From: Promethearchaeota archaeon | GTDB lineage: Archaea; Asgardarchaeota; Lokiarchaeia; Sigyniarchaeales; SOKP01 | Reading direction: 5' to 3' | DNA: 64,000 bases | Assembly: GCA_016839585.1 (NCBI GenBank) | Contig: JAEOTZ010000018.1 | Span: forward strand, 32,001 to 96,000 | Shown: in pieces, positions 1 through 10,600 of the stretch | Numbering within the stretch: the stretch's first letter is position 1 | How the letters are laid out: the number at the start of each line of letters is the position of its first letter | Position numbers and translations under genes: made by a program | The notes under the pieces: model-generated | The model's input: only the letters and a program-made list of their open reading frames with translations | Databases searched by the model: none | What the model was told of the DNA's origin: nothing

Positions 1-1090
1 AATCTCAAATATTGAGAGAGACTGTTGTGTTGAATGTTTCGCATGTGTAGATGCCTGTGATACTGAAGCAATAGATTTTAGTCAAAAAGAAGAAATCGTG
101 GAATTAGAAGTAGGAACAATAATAGTGGCTACAGGGTGGGATCTATATCAAGGAGATGATTATGGATATGGAATATACGACAACGTAATTACTCAAATAC
201 AATTAGAAAGAATTCTTGCACCAAATGGACCTACGTTAGGTCATTTAATGAGACCCTCGGATAGAAAACGCCCTAAAAGAGTCTTATTTATAAATTGTGT
301 AGGTTCAAGAGATTTAAAGGCGCATGAGTATTGTAGCGTTGTATGTTGTAATTTATCAGTAAAGAATTCTAAGCTAATAATGTCTGAATATCCTGATTCT
401 GAGATTGTTGTTAGTTATATAGATATGAGATGCGGTGGAAAAATGTATGAGGAATATTACAGAAGAGCTAGAAATGCGGGAATTATCTTTCTTAAAGGTT
501 TAATAGGGAAAATTGAAGAAGATCCTAAAACAAAGAATCTGAGAGTACAATTTGAGCCAGTAGGTACAGATTCAATTATGGATATGGAATTTGAAATGGT
601 GGTTCTTTCATCAGCTTCATTACCATCTCAAGGTACAAATGAAATAGCTTCGGTAATGAATATAGAAAAAACATCAGATGGATTTTTAAAAGAAGTACAC
701 GCACGACTCGATCCAATTAATACAAAAGTCCCAGGTATATATTTAGCAGGTTCTTGTCAAGGACAAAAATCTATAGATTTAACGGTTAGTCAAGCGAAAG
801 GTGCTGCTTCTACGGCGAGTATACCTATGAAAAATGAGAAATATACTATGGAATTAATCCGTGCCCAACCTATAGATGAACGTTGTGCCAAATGTTATAA
901 ATGTATTGAGGCATGTCCTTACAGTGCGATTTCAGTTAATGAAAATGGATTAATCCAAGTCGATATTATTAGCTGTAGAGGATGTGGAATTTGTGAATCA
1001 TTATGTCCGTCAAAAGCTATAGAATTAGCACATTATAAAGATAATCAGTATATTGCATATATTGATGAATTATTACCTATTGAAGATTAG
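1..1090 (+). CDS. hdrA: Heterodisulfide reductase subunit A-like flavoprotein, C-terminal part (5' end outside window)
   Basis: Frame is open from base 2 (ISNIERDCCVECFACVDACDTEAIDF, ferredoxin motif) into the ORF at 98. HdrA motifs: VGTIIVATG, CVGSR, YCSVVCC, GIYLAGSCQG, plus a C-terminal 2x[4Fe-4S] domain. Confidence 0.92.
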   Translation, partial: ISNIERDCCVECFACVDACDTEAIDFSQKEEIVELEVGTIIVATGWDLYQGDDYGYGIYDNVITQIQLERILAPNGPTLGHLMRPSDRKRPKRVLFINCVGSRDLKAHEYCSVVCCNLSVKNSKLIMSEYPDSEIVVSYIDMRCGGKMYEEYYRRARNAGIIFLKGLIGKIEEDPKTKNLRVQFEPVGTDSIMDMEFEMVVLSSASLPSQGTNEIASVMNIEKTSDGFLKEVHARLDPINTKVPGIYLAGSCQGQKSIDLTVSQAKGAASTASIPMKNEKYTMELIRAQPIDERCAKCYKCIEACPYSAISVNENGLIQVDIISCRGCGICESLCPSKAIELAHYKDNQYIAYIDELLPIED

Positions 1091-1104
1091 AGAGGTAGAA
1101 AATA

Positions 1105-1557
1105 ATGACAAATAATGATATAAAAATATTAGCATTTTTATGTTTAAAATGAGGTTACGGTGGTGCAGATATGGCGGGAACTATTCGAGCACAGTATCCA
1201 ACGTCATTAAGAACAGTTTTAGTTCCTTGTACAGGAAGAGTTGGAGCAGATTTAGTAATGCGAGCATTTGGAAGAGGTGCTGACGGAGTATTAATTGCAG
1301 GATGATATCCGAAAGAATGTGATTATGAAACAGGCAATTATTTTGCTTATCGTTTAGTAGATTATTTGAAAGAAATTGTTAAAGCTATAGGAATAAATCC
1401 AGAGAGAATAAAAATGACTTTTTGCAGCTCCGCGGAAGGTGCAAAGTTCCAGAAGATAGCGACAGAATTCGATAAATTGATTCGAGAACTAGGTCCAAGT
1501 CCTTTACGTACTAAAAGCGGCACACCAGAAAAAGCTAAAGCGAAAGCTGAAGCTTAA
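1105..1557 (+). CDS. mvhD: F420-non-reducing hydrogenase delta subunit MvhD/VhuD, selenoprotein with two Sec (TGA 1150-1152 and 1303-1305), 150 aa
   Basis: ATG 1105 follows a GAGGT SD. Translation MTNNDIKILAFLCLKUGYGGADMAG...VPCTGRV...GADGVLIAGUYPKECDYETGN continues in frame into the track ORF 1366-1557. Both TGAs sit at conserved [2Fe-2S]-domain Cys positions. Confidence 0.93.
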
Positions 1558-1561
1558 GAAT

Positions 1562-1636
1562 TAATGTGTTACCTAATGATTCTGAGTTAGAAAAATGAGA
1601 ACTCAGTTGAAGAAATGGTTGCACCATTAGCACATA
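1562..1636 (+). promoter_or_regulatory. Eukaryote-like SECIS element in the 3' UTR of mvhD
   Basis: ATGA (1576-1579), stem CTGAGTT/AACTCAG, A-rich apical loop AGAAAAATGAG, GA (1609-1610), and an imperfect lower stem GTGTTACC/GGTTGCAC. Lies directly after a gene with two in-frame TGA. Confidence 0.85.
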
Positions 1637-1747
1637 AAATTGAAATATTAATAAGTATAAAATTGGTAAAAAAAATTATATATAGGAAAATTTTAAAAGA
1701 ATTTTTTTAAGAAAAATTCAAATTTAAGAATATAGAGTTGGAATTTC

Positions 1748-2887
1748 ATGGATGCAATGGCAGATTATCTAATAAAAATAGAAGATTTTCCCAAGATTTT
1801 AGAAACATTATTAAAAGAAAAAGTAGTAGATAAGATAATTGGAGCCGAAACTAGAATAGATAAAAAAACAGAAAAAGAAGATAGGTTTACTGTACAACCG
1901 AAATTATATGAAAAACCAGAAGATATCAAGGGATTCCCATTAACAAACCTGATTTCGTACGGTTATGCTAGAACGGATTCAGCTTCAAAATATTTACATA
2001 AATCAGTAGAAGGGGCAATGAAAGAAAAAGTAGCGCTCATTGCTCGACCTTGCGATACAAGAGCTTTAATCGAATTAGCAAAAATAAGACAAGTCAATTT
2101 AGATAATTTATTTATCATAGCTTTTGAAGATAGAGGAATGGTAATAAATGTATCACGGCAAATGAGAAGTTATAAAGACATCGATCCTACAAAAGTAGTG
2201 AAAGAAAAGATTGGAGATAAAGGATTAATCCTTCAATTTGATGATGGAAAAACCAAAGAAATTGATTTACCTATTGCAGAAAATTGTTCAAGATGTACAA
2301 AAAAAATCCCTGTTGTAGCAGATTTAGGAATTAGTGATTTAGGAATTCCAATAGATTCAGATGAAATTATTTTAAAAGTGTATTCTGACAAAGGGAATGA
2401 AGTATTAGAAAAGTCAAAAATAAAAACAAAAGCCATTCCAGATGATGTTAAAAAGTCCCATATGGATAAGATAAAGGAAATTAAAGAGAATGCAATAGCT
2501 AAAAGAGCAAAAGATTTAGAAGAATGGGGAAATCTTTCACAAGAAGAAAAGATGGCTAAGCTTCAAGGCTGTACTATGTGTAATACATGTATTCGTGGAT
2601 GCCCAGTTTGTTATTGTGTTGATTGTATATTACAAAAGAAACGAAAAGAGAAAATAATTAATAAAGAAACGTATCAATTAACTCGGATTGCTCATGTTGC
2701 AGACCGCTGTATTGAATGTGGTAATTGTGATAATAACTGTCCACAGCACTTACCATTATCTCTATACTTTCAATCATTAAATGAAGTATTTAAAGAAAAA
2801 TTTAAATATTCATCTGGAGAAAGTGTAGATGATATACCTTTCCGTTCTGGAAAGGCAATTGCTGAGATGGAATTAGAAAAAAGTTAA
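1748..2887 (+). CDS. FdhB/FrhB-family (F420-interacting beta subunit-like) protein with C-terminal 2x[4Fe-4S] domain
   Basis: KVALIARPCDTRAL, ENCSRC, CTMCNTCIRGCPVCYC and RIAHVADRCIECGNCDNNCP match FdhB-like architecture; follows hdrA-mvhD. Confidence 0.8.
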   Translation: MDAMADYLIKIEDFPKILETLLKEKVVDKIIGAETRIDKKTEKEDRFTVQPKLYEKPEDIKGFPLTNLISYGYARTDSASKYLHKSVEGAMKEKVALIARPCDTRALIELAKIRQVNLDNLFIIAFEDRGMVINVSRQMRSYKDIDPTKVVKEKIGDKGLILQFDDGKTKEIDLPIAENCSRCTKKIPVVADLGISDLGIPIDSDEIILKVYSDKGNEVLEKSKIKTKAIPDDVKKSHMDKIKEIKENAIAKRAKDLEEWGNLSQEEKMAKLQGCTMCNTCIRGCPVCYCVDCILQKKRKEKIINKETYQLTRIAHVADRCIECGNCDNNCPQHLPLSLYFQSLNEVFKEKFKYSSGESVDDIPFRSGKAIAEMELEKS

Positions 2888-2941
2888 ATGCAATTTTTTT
2901 AAATTTTAATTTTTTAATACTACTTTTTAGTTTAGAGTTTT

Positions 2942-4528
2942 TTATTGACCATTAGTAATTTCTGCTGTTTTTCTTGGTTCTTGAGCTACTATAATATTCG
3001 CTGTTTTCTCTTCAGGTTTTTTATGTTTATTGATTTTTAATTGATCTTCAATTTTAGCTTGGGTCATAATATCATTTAATTCTTCTGAAATCATTGAACT
3101 CGTCATTCCCATATTGTGAAGCATTTCTAATCCACTCACCACTACTGTTTTAGCGAATCTCGGAAGATTTTTAGTCATCCATCCAAATTTTCCAAATGGA
3201 TTCATATATCTTTTTGCTTGAGATTTTATCCACCCTCTAAGGTAGTAAGCAGAATACGCTTCACCAACTAATCGGTACATTTCTTTCGATGTAAGCTGTT
3301 CAGTTCGCATCATTGAATGGAATAAATCGTAATGCTTATAATTATTGCTTGTAATCATGCCTTTTTCTTTCATCTCATCATAGAACGAAGTTCCTGGAAA
3401 GGCGGTTATTGGAGTAAATTGGATACAAGATAAATTAAGTGATTTTGCAAATTGGATGTTTTGCCGAACCATTGTTTTGGTTTCTCCTGGAAAACCTATT
3501 ATTACACCTCCAAAAATCGATATTCCACGATCTTGTAACATCGCGACAACTTTTCTCGCCATCTCAGGAGTAGTATTCTTTTTATTCATGGCGTCAAGAC
3601 TTTGTTGATGAACAGATTCGATTCCAAGGAAGACTTGTCTCATCCCTGCCTTATGCATAAGATCAATTAACCATTGATCTCGATATAAGGTATCTACGCG
3701 AGATTGACATGAGAAATACATTTTATTAGGAACTCCAGATTTAATTAAAGTTTCGAGAATTTTTTTCGTTCTCTTGACTTTAATTGTGAAATTATCTTCA
3801 CAGAAAAAGATGAAATCATTTTTCCAGTCAATATCGTAAACTTCCTGCATTACTCGATTCAAACTCTTGGTCCTATAGCTTATATAGTGATAATGATCTT
3901 TCCACATTTTAGTGATACAACAAAATTTACATGAATGTGGGCAACCACGTGAAGTTTCCATTTGTGCTACTCTTGTTCCTAAATAAATATATTTTTTATC
4001 TTGGAGAAGATCCCTACGTGGTAATGGAAAATTATCCAAATTTGGTTCTAATCTCCGATCCTTGTTATGATTTACTTTACCTTCTTCATTTTTATAAGAA
4101 ACTCCATCTATATCTTTTAATGAAATTTGCTTTCTATTTCCATCAATGAAGTCTATTAATTCTTTAAATGTATGTTCCCCTTCTCCTCTTATTGTATAAT
4201 CAACAGATGGCTGTTTAGCTACATATTCAGGAGCTAATGTTGGATGGTAGCCCCCAAGAACTGTGATACATCCTTGTTTTTTAGCCATTTCGGCTATTTC
4301 TAGAGCGTGAGAGATCTGGGGTGTCATCGAACTTATAGCAACCACATCACTTTTATTCAATTCTCTCCGAAATTGATGTTCAAGATATTTATGAACTTTA
4401 AAGTCAAATAGTTTAGCTCCATGTTCAGGAACCATTGCAGCTATTGAAATCAGGGCTAAAGGAGCACCTTTAATAATAGCATCCAATCCAGATTGGAGAC
4501 GAGCAGGGTTTACATATAAAATTTGCAT
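2942..4528 (-). CDS. B12-binding domain radical SAM protein
   Basis: VLGGYHPT, RGEGE, SRGCPHSCKFC (CxxxCxxC), LGIES. Confidence 0.9.
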   Translation of the reverse strand: MQILYVNPARLQSGLDAIIKGAPLALISIAAMVPEHGAKLFDFKVHKYLEHQFRRELNKSDVVAISSMTPQISHALEIAEMAKKQGCITVLGGYHPTLAPEYVAKQPSVDYTIRGEGEHTFKELIDFIDGNRKQISLKDIDGVSYKNEEGKVNHNKDRRLEPNLDNFPLPRRDLLQDKKYIYLGTRVAQMETSRGCPHSCKFCCITKMWKDHYHYISYRTKSLNRVMQEVYDIDWKNDFIFFCEDNFTIKVKRTKKILETLIKSGVPNKMYFSCQSRVDTLYRDQWLIDLMHKAGMRQVFLGIESVHQQSLDAMNKKNTTPEMARKVVAMLQDRGISIFGGVIIGFPGETKTMVRQNIQFAKSLNLSCIQFTPITAFPGTSFYDEMKEKGMITSNNYKHYDLFHSMMRTEQLTSKEMYRLVGEAYSAYYLRGWIKSQAKRYMNPFGKFGWMTKNLPRFAKTVVVSGLEMLHNMGMTSSMISEELNDIMTQAKIEDQLKINKHKKPEEKTANIIVAQEPRKTAEITNGQ

Positions 4529-4753
4529 TATTATTTTTCATCTATTTTCTCCTCAGATTTATGCCTAATTAGAACCATCATCAAAGAATTATTTTACTAA
4601 TTTTACGAAACAGTTTTATAGCATAAATTTAAGGGTTTTGATATTTATTAATATATAAATCTAAATTATTTAAAGTTATTGTTGGATCTACATACATGTT
4701 TGAAAAAGATCTTTATAACAAATCTTGTTGAAAAATAGATAATAGATAAAAAT

Positions 4754-5443
4754 ATGACTCATTATTATAATTATAAACTTTCTGCATTAAGATTGAAAAG
4801 ATGTTATGATATAGCTCCACCTAGAGTTCAAAAATATTTAAAAGCAGAAGTGGATCATGTTTTACAAAAGATAGGATCAAATAATATTGTTTTAGAATTA
4901 GGATGTGGCTATGGACGTGTTCTTTCTCAAATTGCTTCTAAAGCAGCTATAGTATTAGGGATTGATAATGCATATTCTAATTTGATTTTAGCAAAAAAAG
5001 TGCTTAAACGCTTTTCAAATTGTTTTTTATTAACAATAGATGCGGCTAACTTAACATTTCGTAGCCAGATGTTTGATTTAGTGATATGTATTCAAAATGG
5101 AATATCTGCATTTCATATTGATAAAATTAGATTAATAGCAGAAAGTATTCGAGTTACTAAAGCTAATGGATATGTTATTTTTTCTAGTTATTCCGATAAA
5201 TTTTGGGAAGATAGATTAAAATGGTTTCAAATACAATCTAAATATGGTTTAATTGGAGAAATTGATTATGAAAAAACTCAGAATGAGATTATTGTGTGTA
5301 AGGATGGTTTCACAGCAACCACCATAGGTCCAGAAGAATTTTTATCACTAACTTCTAATTTTCATATTGAGCCCAAAATAGTGGAAGTTGATAATTCAAG
5401 CCTGTTTTGTGAAATTAAAATCCCTCAAAACAATAATAACTAA
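4754..5443 (+). CDS. Class I SAM-dependent methyltransferase
   Basis: VLELGCGYGR motif I, VLGID, FDLVIC. Confidence 0.88.
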   Translation: MTHYYNYKLSALRLKRCYDIAPPRVQKYLKAEVDHVLQKIGSNNIVLELGCGYGRVLSQIASKAAIVLGIDNAYSNLILAKKVLKRFSNCFLLTIDAANLTFRSQMFDLVICIQNGISAFHIDKIRLIAESIRVTKANGYVIFSSYSDKFWEDRLKWFQIQSKYGLIGEIDYEKTQNEIIVCKDGFTATTIGPEEFLSLTSNFHIEPKIVEVDNSSLFCEIKIPQNNNN

Positions 5444-5536
5444 AATATTCGATGAAAAATTCCAAAGATACTTATAATGTTTTCTTCAAATCTTATAGCT
5501 CAAAAAGTTTATATTTTAAGAGATTAGATTTTATGT

Positions 5537-6730
5537 ATGGTGTTAGATGACTTTGGCAAAAATTATTTACTTCTTGGTCTCCGAATAGGGAAACTAATAG
5601 AGGGGTATATCGATGCTTATTTTGGACCACCAGAATTGAAATATACTGTTGAGAAAGAGAAACCACACTCCCCTAAAGATTTACTTAATAAATGTAAAGC
5701 ACTTCAAAAGGAATTACCTAATCAAGATTTTATTAAAGAACGTATCAGATTCCTAGGAAAAATGCTTGGAGCCATGGAAACTTCATTAGAGATACTTAAT
5801 GGACATGAAATTCCATATTTAGAGAAAGTTAATAGATTATACGATATTAAACCAGAGTTAATTGATGATTCTGTATTTTATAATGTAGCTAAAGAGTTAG
5901 ATAGTATATATGAAGGATCTAGTAGTCTAGCTGAACGTATGGATATAGTTCAGAAACGGAGGGCTGTACCTGAAAATAAAATTGAAGGAATTTTTAGAAG
6001 AGCTTGTGAAATTGTGCGTAAACGTACACTAGAATTATTTCCTGGCTTATTACCTAATGAAGAAGAATTTACCATCAAAATAGTCAAAAATGAACCTTGG
6101 GGTGCATATAACTGGTATTTAGGTAACTTTAAATCTAGAATAGATGTAAATACTGATATTCCCAATGCTTGGACTAGAATTTTATTAACTGCTGCTCATG
6201 AGGGATACCCTGGTCATCATACTGAGCATGTTGTTAAAGAAAAATTACTTTATATTGAAGAACAACGGTTTGAACATAGTATATTATTAAACCAAACACC
6301 TGAATGTGTAATTGCAGAGGGTATTGGAAACACAGGACTCGATGTCTTATTTTCTCAACGTGAAAAGGTAAAAATAGGTCTTGAAGAATTATGTCCAGAT
6401 CCCCAAAAGGAATTTTCTTTAGATGTATTGGTAAGTGAAATCGAGGCTAAAAAGAATCGTTGGGCTTTAATGAATAATTTAGCAATTCACGCTCATGTAG
6501 ACGGTTGGTCTGATGATCAATTAATAAAATATGGATTAGATTTTGGTTTTGTTATAGAAGAGCGTCTTAGACAAAACTTACTGTTCATTCGCAATCCTTT
6601 ATGGTCAACCTATGTCTTTAATTATTTTATAGGTGAAATGTTGATTAAAAAGAAATTTGGAGAACGTCCTTCTCCTTCTGATTTTAAAAAACTCCTAGCT
6701 CAGCCAATATTACCCTCGGATCTTATATAA
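5537..6730 (+). CDS. DUF885-like putative metallopeptidase
   Basis: AHEGYPGHH motif with downstream AEG. Confidence 0.65.
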   Translation: MVLDDFGKNYLLLGLRIGKLIEGYIDAYFGPPELKYTVEKEKPHSPKDLLNKCKALQKELPNQDFIKERIRFLGKMLGAMETSLEILNGHEIPYLEKVNRLYDIKPELIDDSVFYNVAKELDSIYEGSSSLAERMDIVQKRRAVPENKIEGIFRRACEIVRKRTLELFPGLLPNEEEFTIKIVKNEPWGAYNWYLGNFKSRIDVNTDIPNAWTRILLTAAHEGYPGHHTEHVVKEKLLYIEEQRFEHSILLNQTPECVIAEGIGNTGLDVLFSQREKVKIGLEELCPDPQKEFSLDVLVSEIEAKKNRWALMNNLAIHAHVDGWSDDQLIKYGLDFGFVIEERLRQNLLFIRNPLWSTYVFNYFIGEMLIKKKFGERPSPSDFKKLLAQPILPSDLI

Positions 6731-6833
6731 GTTTCATAACATAGATAGAAGGTTTGATTGAAAGATAAACCTTTATTATATTTTTTAAATTATAAACTAT
6801 TAATTACTAAATTTCAAATAAAATTGAAGAATT

Positions 6834-7604
6834 ATGTCGCTACCGGCTAAAAAAGCAATTGAAATTGATGAGAACATCACTCATTATATTCATAAAATGT
6901 TAAACATGGAAATGATTCTTAAATATGACGAATCAAAATGTATTGAATGTGGTTTCTGCCACAGAGTTTGTCCTGTAACCGTATCTATCTATGATGAACC
7001 TCTCAAAAAAACAGCTATCGGCACTCCAGAAGAAATGGGAGTTGAATCCGAGAAAAAGATTGTAGTTGATACTGAGAAATGTATTTGGTGTGGTAGTTGC
7101 TCATGGATATGTCCAGGATATACACTAGAACTTTTAATCAATGGAGAAAATAAGATTTTATTGGTAGAAAATGGCTCTCTTGCTGAATTTGATGAAGAAG
7201 TTCGAACTTTGGAGAATGGAAATAAAGTTCGAAAGGTGGTTGAAGGGAGCATAACGATTACGTGTAATGAAGGGGATACAAAAGTCATAGATCAATTTGC
7301 AGAGGAGTGTTCTGTTGGAGCTATGACCCGAAAAGATAAAGATATTGAGGTAGATAGAGATAAGTGTATTTTATGCTTTAAATGTACAGAAGCATCAAAA
7401 AATTATGAAAACATAAGTGTTGAAGTACATCGAGATAGATTTAAACAAGTCAAAGGAGAACCTTCTTCAGTATGGAATGGTATTATGCTACGTGTTCTAG
7501 GGAAAGAGGGAAAAATAAAAGGTATTATGAGCCGTAGCCAGAATAAACTTGCTGATGCCGTAATGCGATTAATGGGAAAAGAAGAAACTGAAGATGAAGG
7601 TTAA
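6834..7604 (+). CDS. Polyferredoxin / 4Fe-4S dicluster protein (FwdF-like)
   Basis: CIECGFCHRVCP, CIWCGSCSWICP, CILCFKC. Confidence 0.8.
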   Translation: MSLPAKKAIEIDENITHYIHKMLNMEMILKYDESKCIECGFCHRVCPVTVSIYDEPLKKTAIGTPEEMGVESEKKIVVDTEKCIWCGSCSWICPGYTLELLINGENKILLVENGSLAEFDEEVRTLENGNKVRKVVEGSITITCNEGDTKVIDQFAEECSVGAMTRKDKDIEVDRDKCILCFKCTEASKNYENISVEVHRDRFKQVKGEPSSVWNGIMLRVLGKEGKIKGIMSRSQNKLADAVMRLMGKEETEDEG

Positions 7605-7670
7605 TCTAATTAAATTACAATTTTCCTTATTATTAATTAGAATGTATTTTAGCATTCTAGTGATTATTAT

Positions 7671-8549
7671 ATGATCAATCAAAACTCTAAATCGGGCGAT
7701 ATTTCGGGTTTTATAACAGTCGATGGTATTAAACTCAATTACATCATCGAGGGGGAGGGAATTCCTTGCCTAGTTATTGGTATGTTATCAAAATTCTACC
7801 AACCTGTTTTTTCCAGCAAAATAAAGAAGCATTTAAAATTTATTTTCGTGGATTTTAAAATATTTATCCCTGGGGTTTCTATTGATGTAAATAATATATC
7901 AATGGATATAATAGTTGAAGATCTTGAAAAAATACGCATTGCATTAGGCTTTGAAAAAATTGCTGTATTGGGGCACTCAGCATTTGGGATAATTGCTCTC
8001 GAATATGCTTTCAATTATCCACAGAGAACATCCCATATTATTATGATTGCTTCTTTTCCACCAAACATGACTGATGAAAATTTAAAAAGAGGTTCAGAAT
8101 TCTTGGAATATGATGCATCGAAAGAGAGAAAAATGATTCAGAGAAAAAATAATGAACCCCTTACAGAAGAATTTTTGAGCACTGTATCTCCTACAAAAGC
8201 TCTTGCTTTGCAATATGTAGCTAATGCTCCTATTTATTGGTATGATCCTACTTATGATTGTTCATGGATCTGGCGAGGAATTGAACTCAACATGGATGCA
8301 TTTAATTATTTCTATTCTAAAATTATTAGAGGGAAGGATACCACTCAAAAAATCTTGAATATAACAATTCCTAAGTTTTTATCTATGGGTCGCTATGATT
8401 ATAGTGCACCATATATCTTATGGGATAATTTGATAAATGAAATACCAAACTTAACGCATTATTTATTTAAGAAAAGTGGTCATTGGCCAATGCTCGAAGA
8501 GCAAGTCCTATTTGATAAGAGAATAATTGAATGGATTAATAATTTATAA
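7671..8549 (+). CDS. Alpha/beta hydrolase (proline iminopeptidase-like)
   Basis: GHSAFG nucleophile elbow, GRYD, SGHWP. Confidence 0.85.
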   Translation: MINQNSKSGDISGFITVDGIKLNYIIEGEGIPCLVIGMLSKFYQPVFSSKIKKHLKFIFVDFKIFIPGVSIDVNNISMDIIVEDLEKIRIALGFEKIAVLGHSAFGIIALEYAFNYPQRTSHIIMIASFPPNMTDENLKRGSEFLEYDASKERKMIQRKNNEPLTEEFLSTVSPTKALALQYVANAPIYWYDPTYDCSWIWRGIELNMDAFNYFYSKIIRGKDTTQKILNITIPKFLSMGRYDYSAPYILWDNLINEIPNLTHYLFKKSGHWPMLEEQVLFDKRIIEWINNL

Positions 8550-8572
8550 AAAGAGAAAAAAAGTTTTATTAC

Positions 8573-9364
8573 TTAGGGATATTTTTGATGTAAATTCTTT
8601 ATAAAATCATCCAGCTCCTTCATAGATTTCTTTTCTGTAGCATAAGCAGCTTTCCCGCATTCGTCTTCTAAATCGAGGCATGATTTAATATAGACTTTAT
8701 TCATAATCGTTAACATGGATTTTGTAAAGAAGATAAATTCTGTTTGATATTTGACTATTTTTTTAGCAAAATTAAGGGTTTCAGCATCAATTTGATCGAG
8801 TGGAAAAACTCTCGTTGGAAAATTAATATTTTTTAACTGTTCCACACTAACTCTATCTGCAGTAAAAAGTAACTGTTTTGCGTAAGATAATCCAAAAGCC
8901 AGCAATGGTAAAAGGGTTGCTCCAGTCTGCGGGAAGGCAGAAATAGAGAGTTCGGGTAATTGTATATATAACTCATCCTTAGGTCTATCCGCAAAGATCC
9001 TTAAATCAGAAGCAAGTATCAGTAAAACACCAAATCCAACAGCAATGCCTTGAACTTGAGTTATTACTGGTTTCTTCATGAGAAGAATAGTTTCATTGAC
9101 TTTTCTACCCCACTCTGTTACTTTAACTGCTTTTTCAGGAGCCCCTTGTATTTCTTTAAGGTCATACCCCGCAGAAAAGAATCTCTGGCCAACACTTTTA
9201 ATAATAATACATTTAACTTTTTCATGTTTATCTGCTTCTACTAACTTCTCATGTATCAGTTTTAACATCGAAATATTACAGGCATTTGCTTTATCGGGTC
9301 TATTTAATGTAATTATAGCGATACGTCCTCTCACTTCATATATTATATTTTCTTGAATACTCAT
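8573..9364 (-). CDS. Enoyl-CoA hydratase/isomerase family protein
   Basis: ITLNRPDKANA, FSAGYDL, KKPVITQVQG. Confidence 0.88.
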   Translation of the reverse strand: MSIQENIIYEVRGRIAIITLNRPDKANACNISMLKLIHEKLVEADKHEKVKCIIIKSVGQRFFSAGYDLKEIQGAPEKAVKVTEWGRKVNETILLMKKPVITQVQGIAVGFGVLLILASDLRIFADRPKDELYIQLPELSISAFPQTGATLLPLLAFGLSYAKQLLFTADRVSVEQLKNINFPTRVFPLDQIDAETLNFAKKIVKYQTEFIFFTKSMLTIMNKVYIKSCLDLEDECGKAAYATEKKSMKELDDFIKNLHQKYP

Positions 9365-9476
9365 AAGATCTTTAACTTAAATTCTAATTTAAAGTATATT
9401 GAACTTAATTAATCTTATTAAATTAGATATATTATTCCACGAAATATCTAAAAATTTCAATAGTAAATGAATTATC

Positions 9477-10403
9477 ATGAAAATTAGACCTTTTGAATCA
9501 AATGACAAGACTAGAGTTGTAGAGGTACTGGATCGAGTACTTAAGTATGATAATCCTGCTTTGGGGATGGATGAAGACCTGTTTAATGCAGCATTAGCAT
9601 TCGAGGGTGAGCAGACTATTCTTTCCCGTGATTTTTTGGTTGCAGAAGATAATGAAGGAAAAATAATTGATTTTAGTGGTCTTCTTAAATCTTCTAAGCG
9701 AGATTCTTGGCGGTTAGCATTTGAGGTAATACCAGAATATTTTACATCAACTATTTTTGTAGAATTATTTGAATCGATATTAAACATCAAAAATGAACAA
9801 AATGGCCCAGAGATTAGATTTTCCTTAAAAAAATATAAATTAACAGATTCACCACTTCAAAGAAAGCTCAATGAAATGGGATTAAAACCAGTTCATTATA
9901 ATTGGGAGATATTTTTAGAGGATACTGACCCACCTCCCAAAATAAACGTTCCACCTGGCATTAATATTCATTCAGGTAAGGATGTAACTGATATAGCGAG
10001 TTATATTAATGTGCATAATGAAGCTTTTAGTGAACATTTTGGATTCAGACCTTATTCAGAAAAAGAATTCAAATTAATCCTTAAGAAAGCATGGAAAGCA
10101 TATGATATTGAACATTGGTTTGCTTATGACAAAGAAAAACTTGTTGGGGTTTGCACCTCTCAAATCAATCCAGAATTTAAAACGATTGGTCTTATACAAA
10201 TATTAGGTGTTCTTCCAAGTTATCAGCACCGGGGAATTGGAAGATGCTTGCTGGCATCTAACATTCAATCACTTATTGAGAAGGGATGTGAAAAGATCGA
10301 GTTAGGTGTTGAGGCTAATAATGAAAAAGCGTTAACTTTGTATAAGAAATTTGGTTTTAAAGAAGATGAATCACGAACAGTAATGATCTATAAAACTAAA
10401 TAA
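9477..10403 (+). CDS. Tandem GNAT N-acetyltransferase (MshD-like)
   Basis: LGVLPSYQHRGIGRCLL and NEKALTLYKKFGF in the C-terminal GNAT; a degenerate N-terminal GNAT domain. Confidence 0.85.
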   Translation: MKIRPFESNDKTRVVEVLDRVLKYDNPALGMDEDLFNAALAFEGEQTILSRDFLVAEDNEGKIIDFSGLLKSSKRDSWRLAFEVIPEYFTSTIFVELFESILNIKNEQNGPEIRFSLKKYKLTDSPLQRKLNEMGLKPVHYNWEIFLEDTDPPPKINVPPGINIHSGKDVTDIASYINVHNEAFSEHFGFRPYSEKEFKLILKKAWKAYDIEHWFAYDKEKLVGVCTSQINPEFKTIGLIQILGVLPSYQHRGIGRCLLASNIQSLIEKGCEKIELGVEANNEKALTLYKKFGFKEDESRTVMIYKTK

Positions 10404-10600
10404 CACATACCTCATATTATCTCTCTTTTTAAAAATTACTTCTTCGATTTTCTCTATAAAAATCTCCTTTAAATTATAATAACTATAATCTTTGATGCTG
10501 AAAAATATAAAACTAAAAAATTAAAAAACTATCTACCACATATTTAGATTGTCATTTCTAATATAAAGAATTAAATAAAAAAAAAATAAAGTGATAAAAA

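Noticed and set aside
1366-1557. Stand-alone 63-aa ORF from the track
   Set aside because: It is the C-terminal part of the Sec-containing MvhD starting at 1105.
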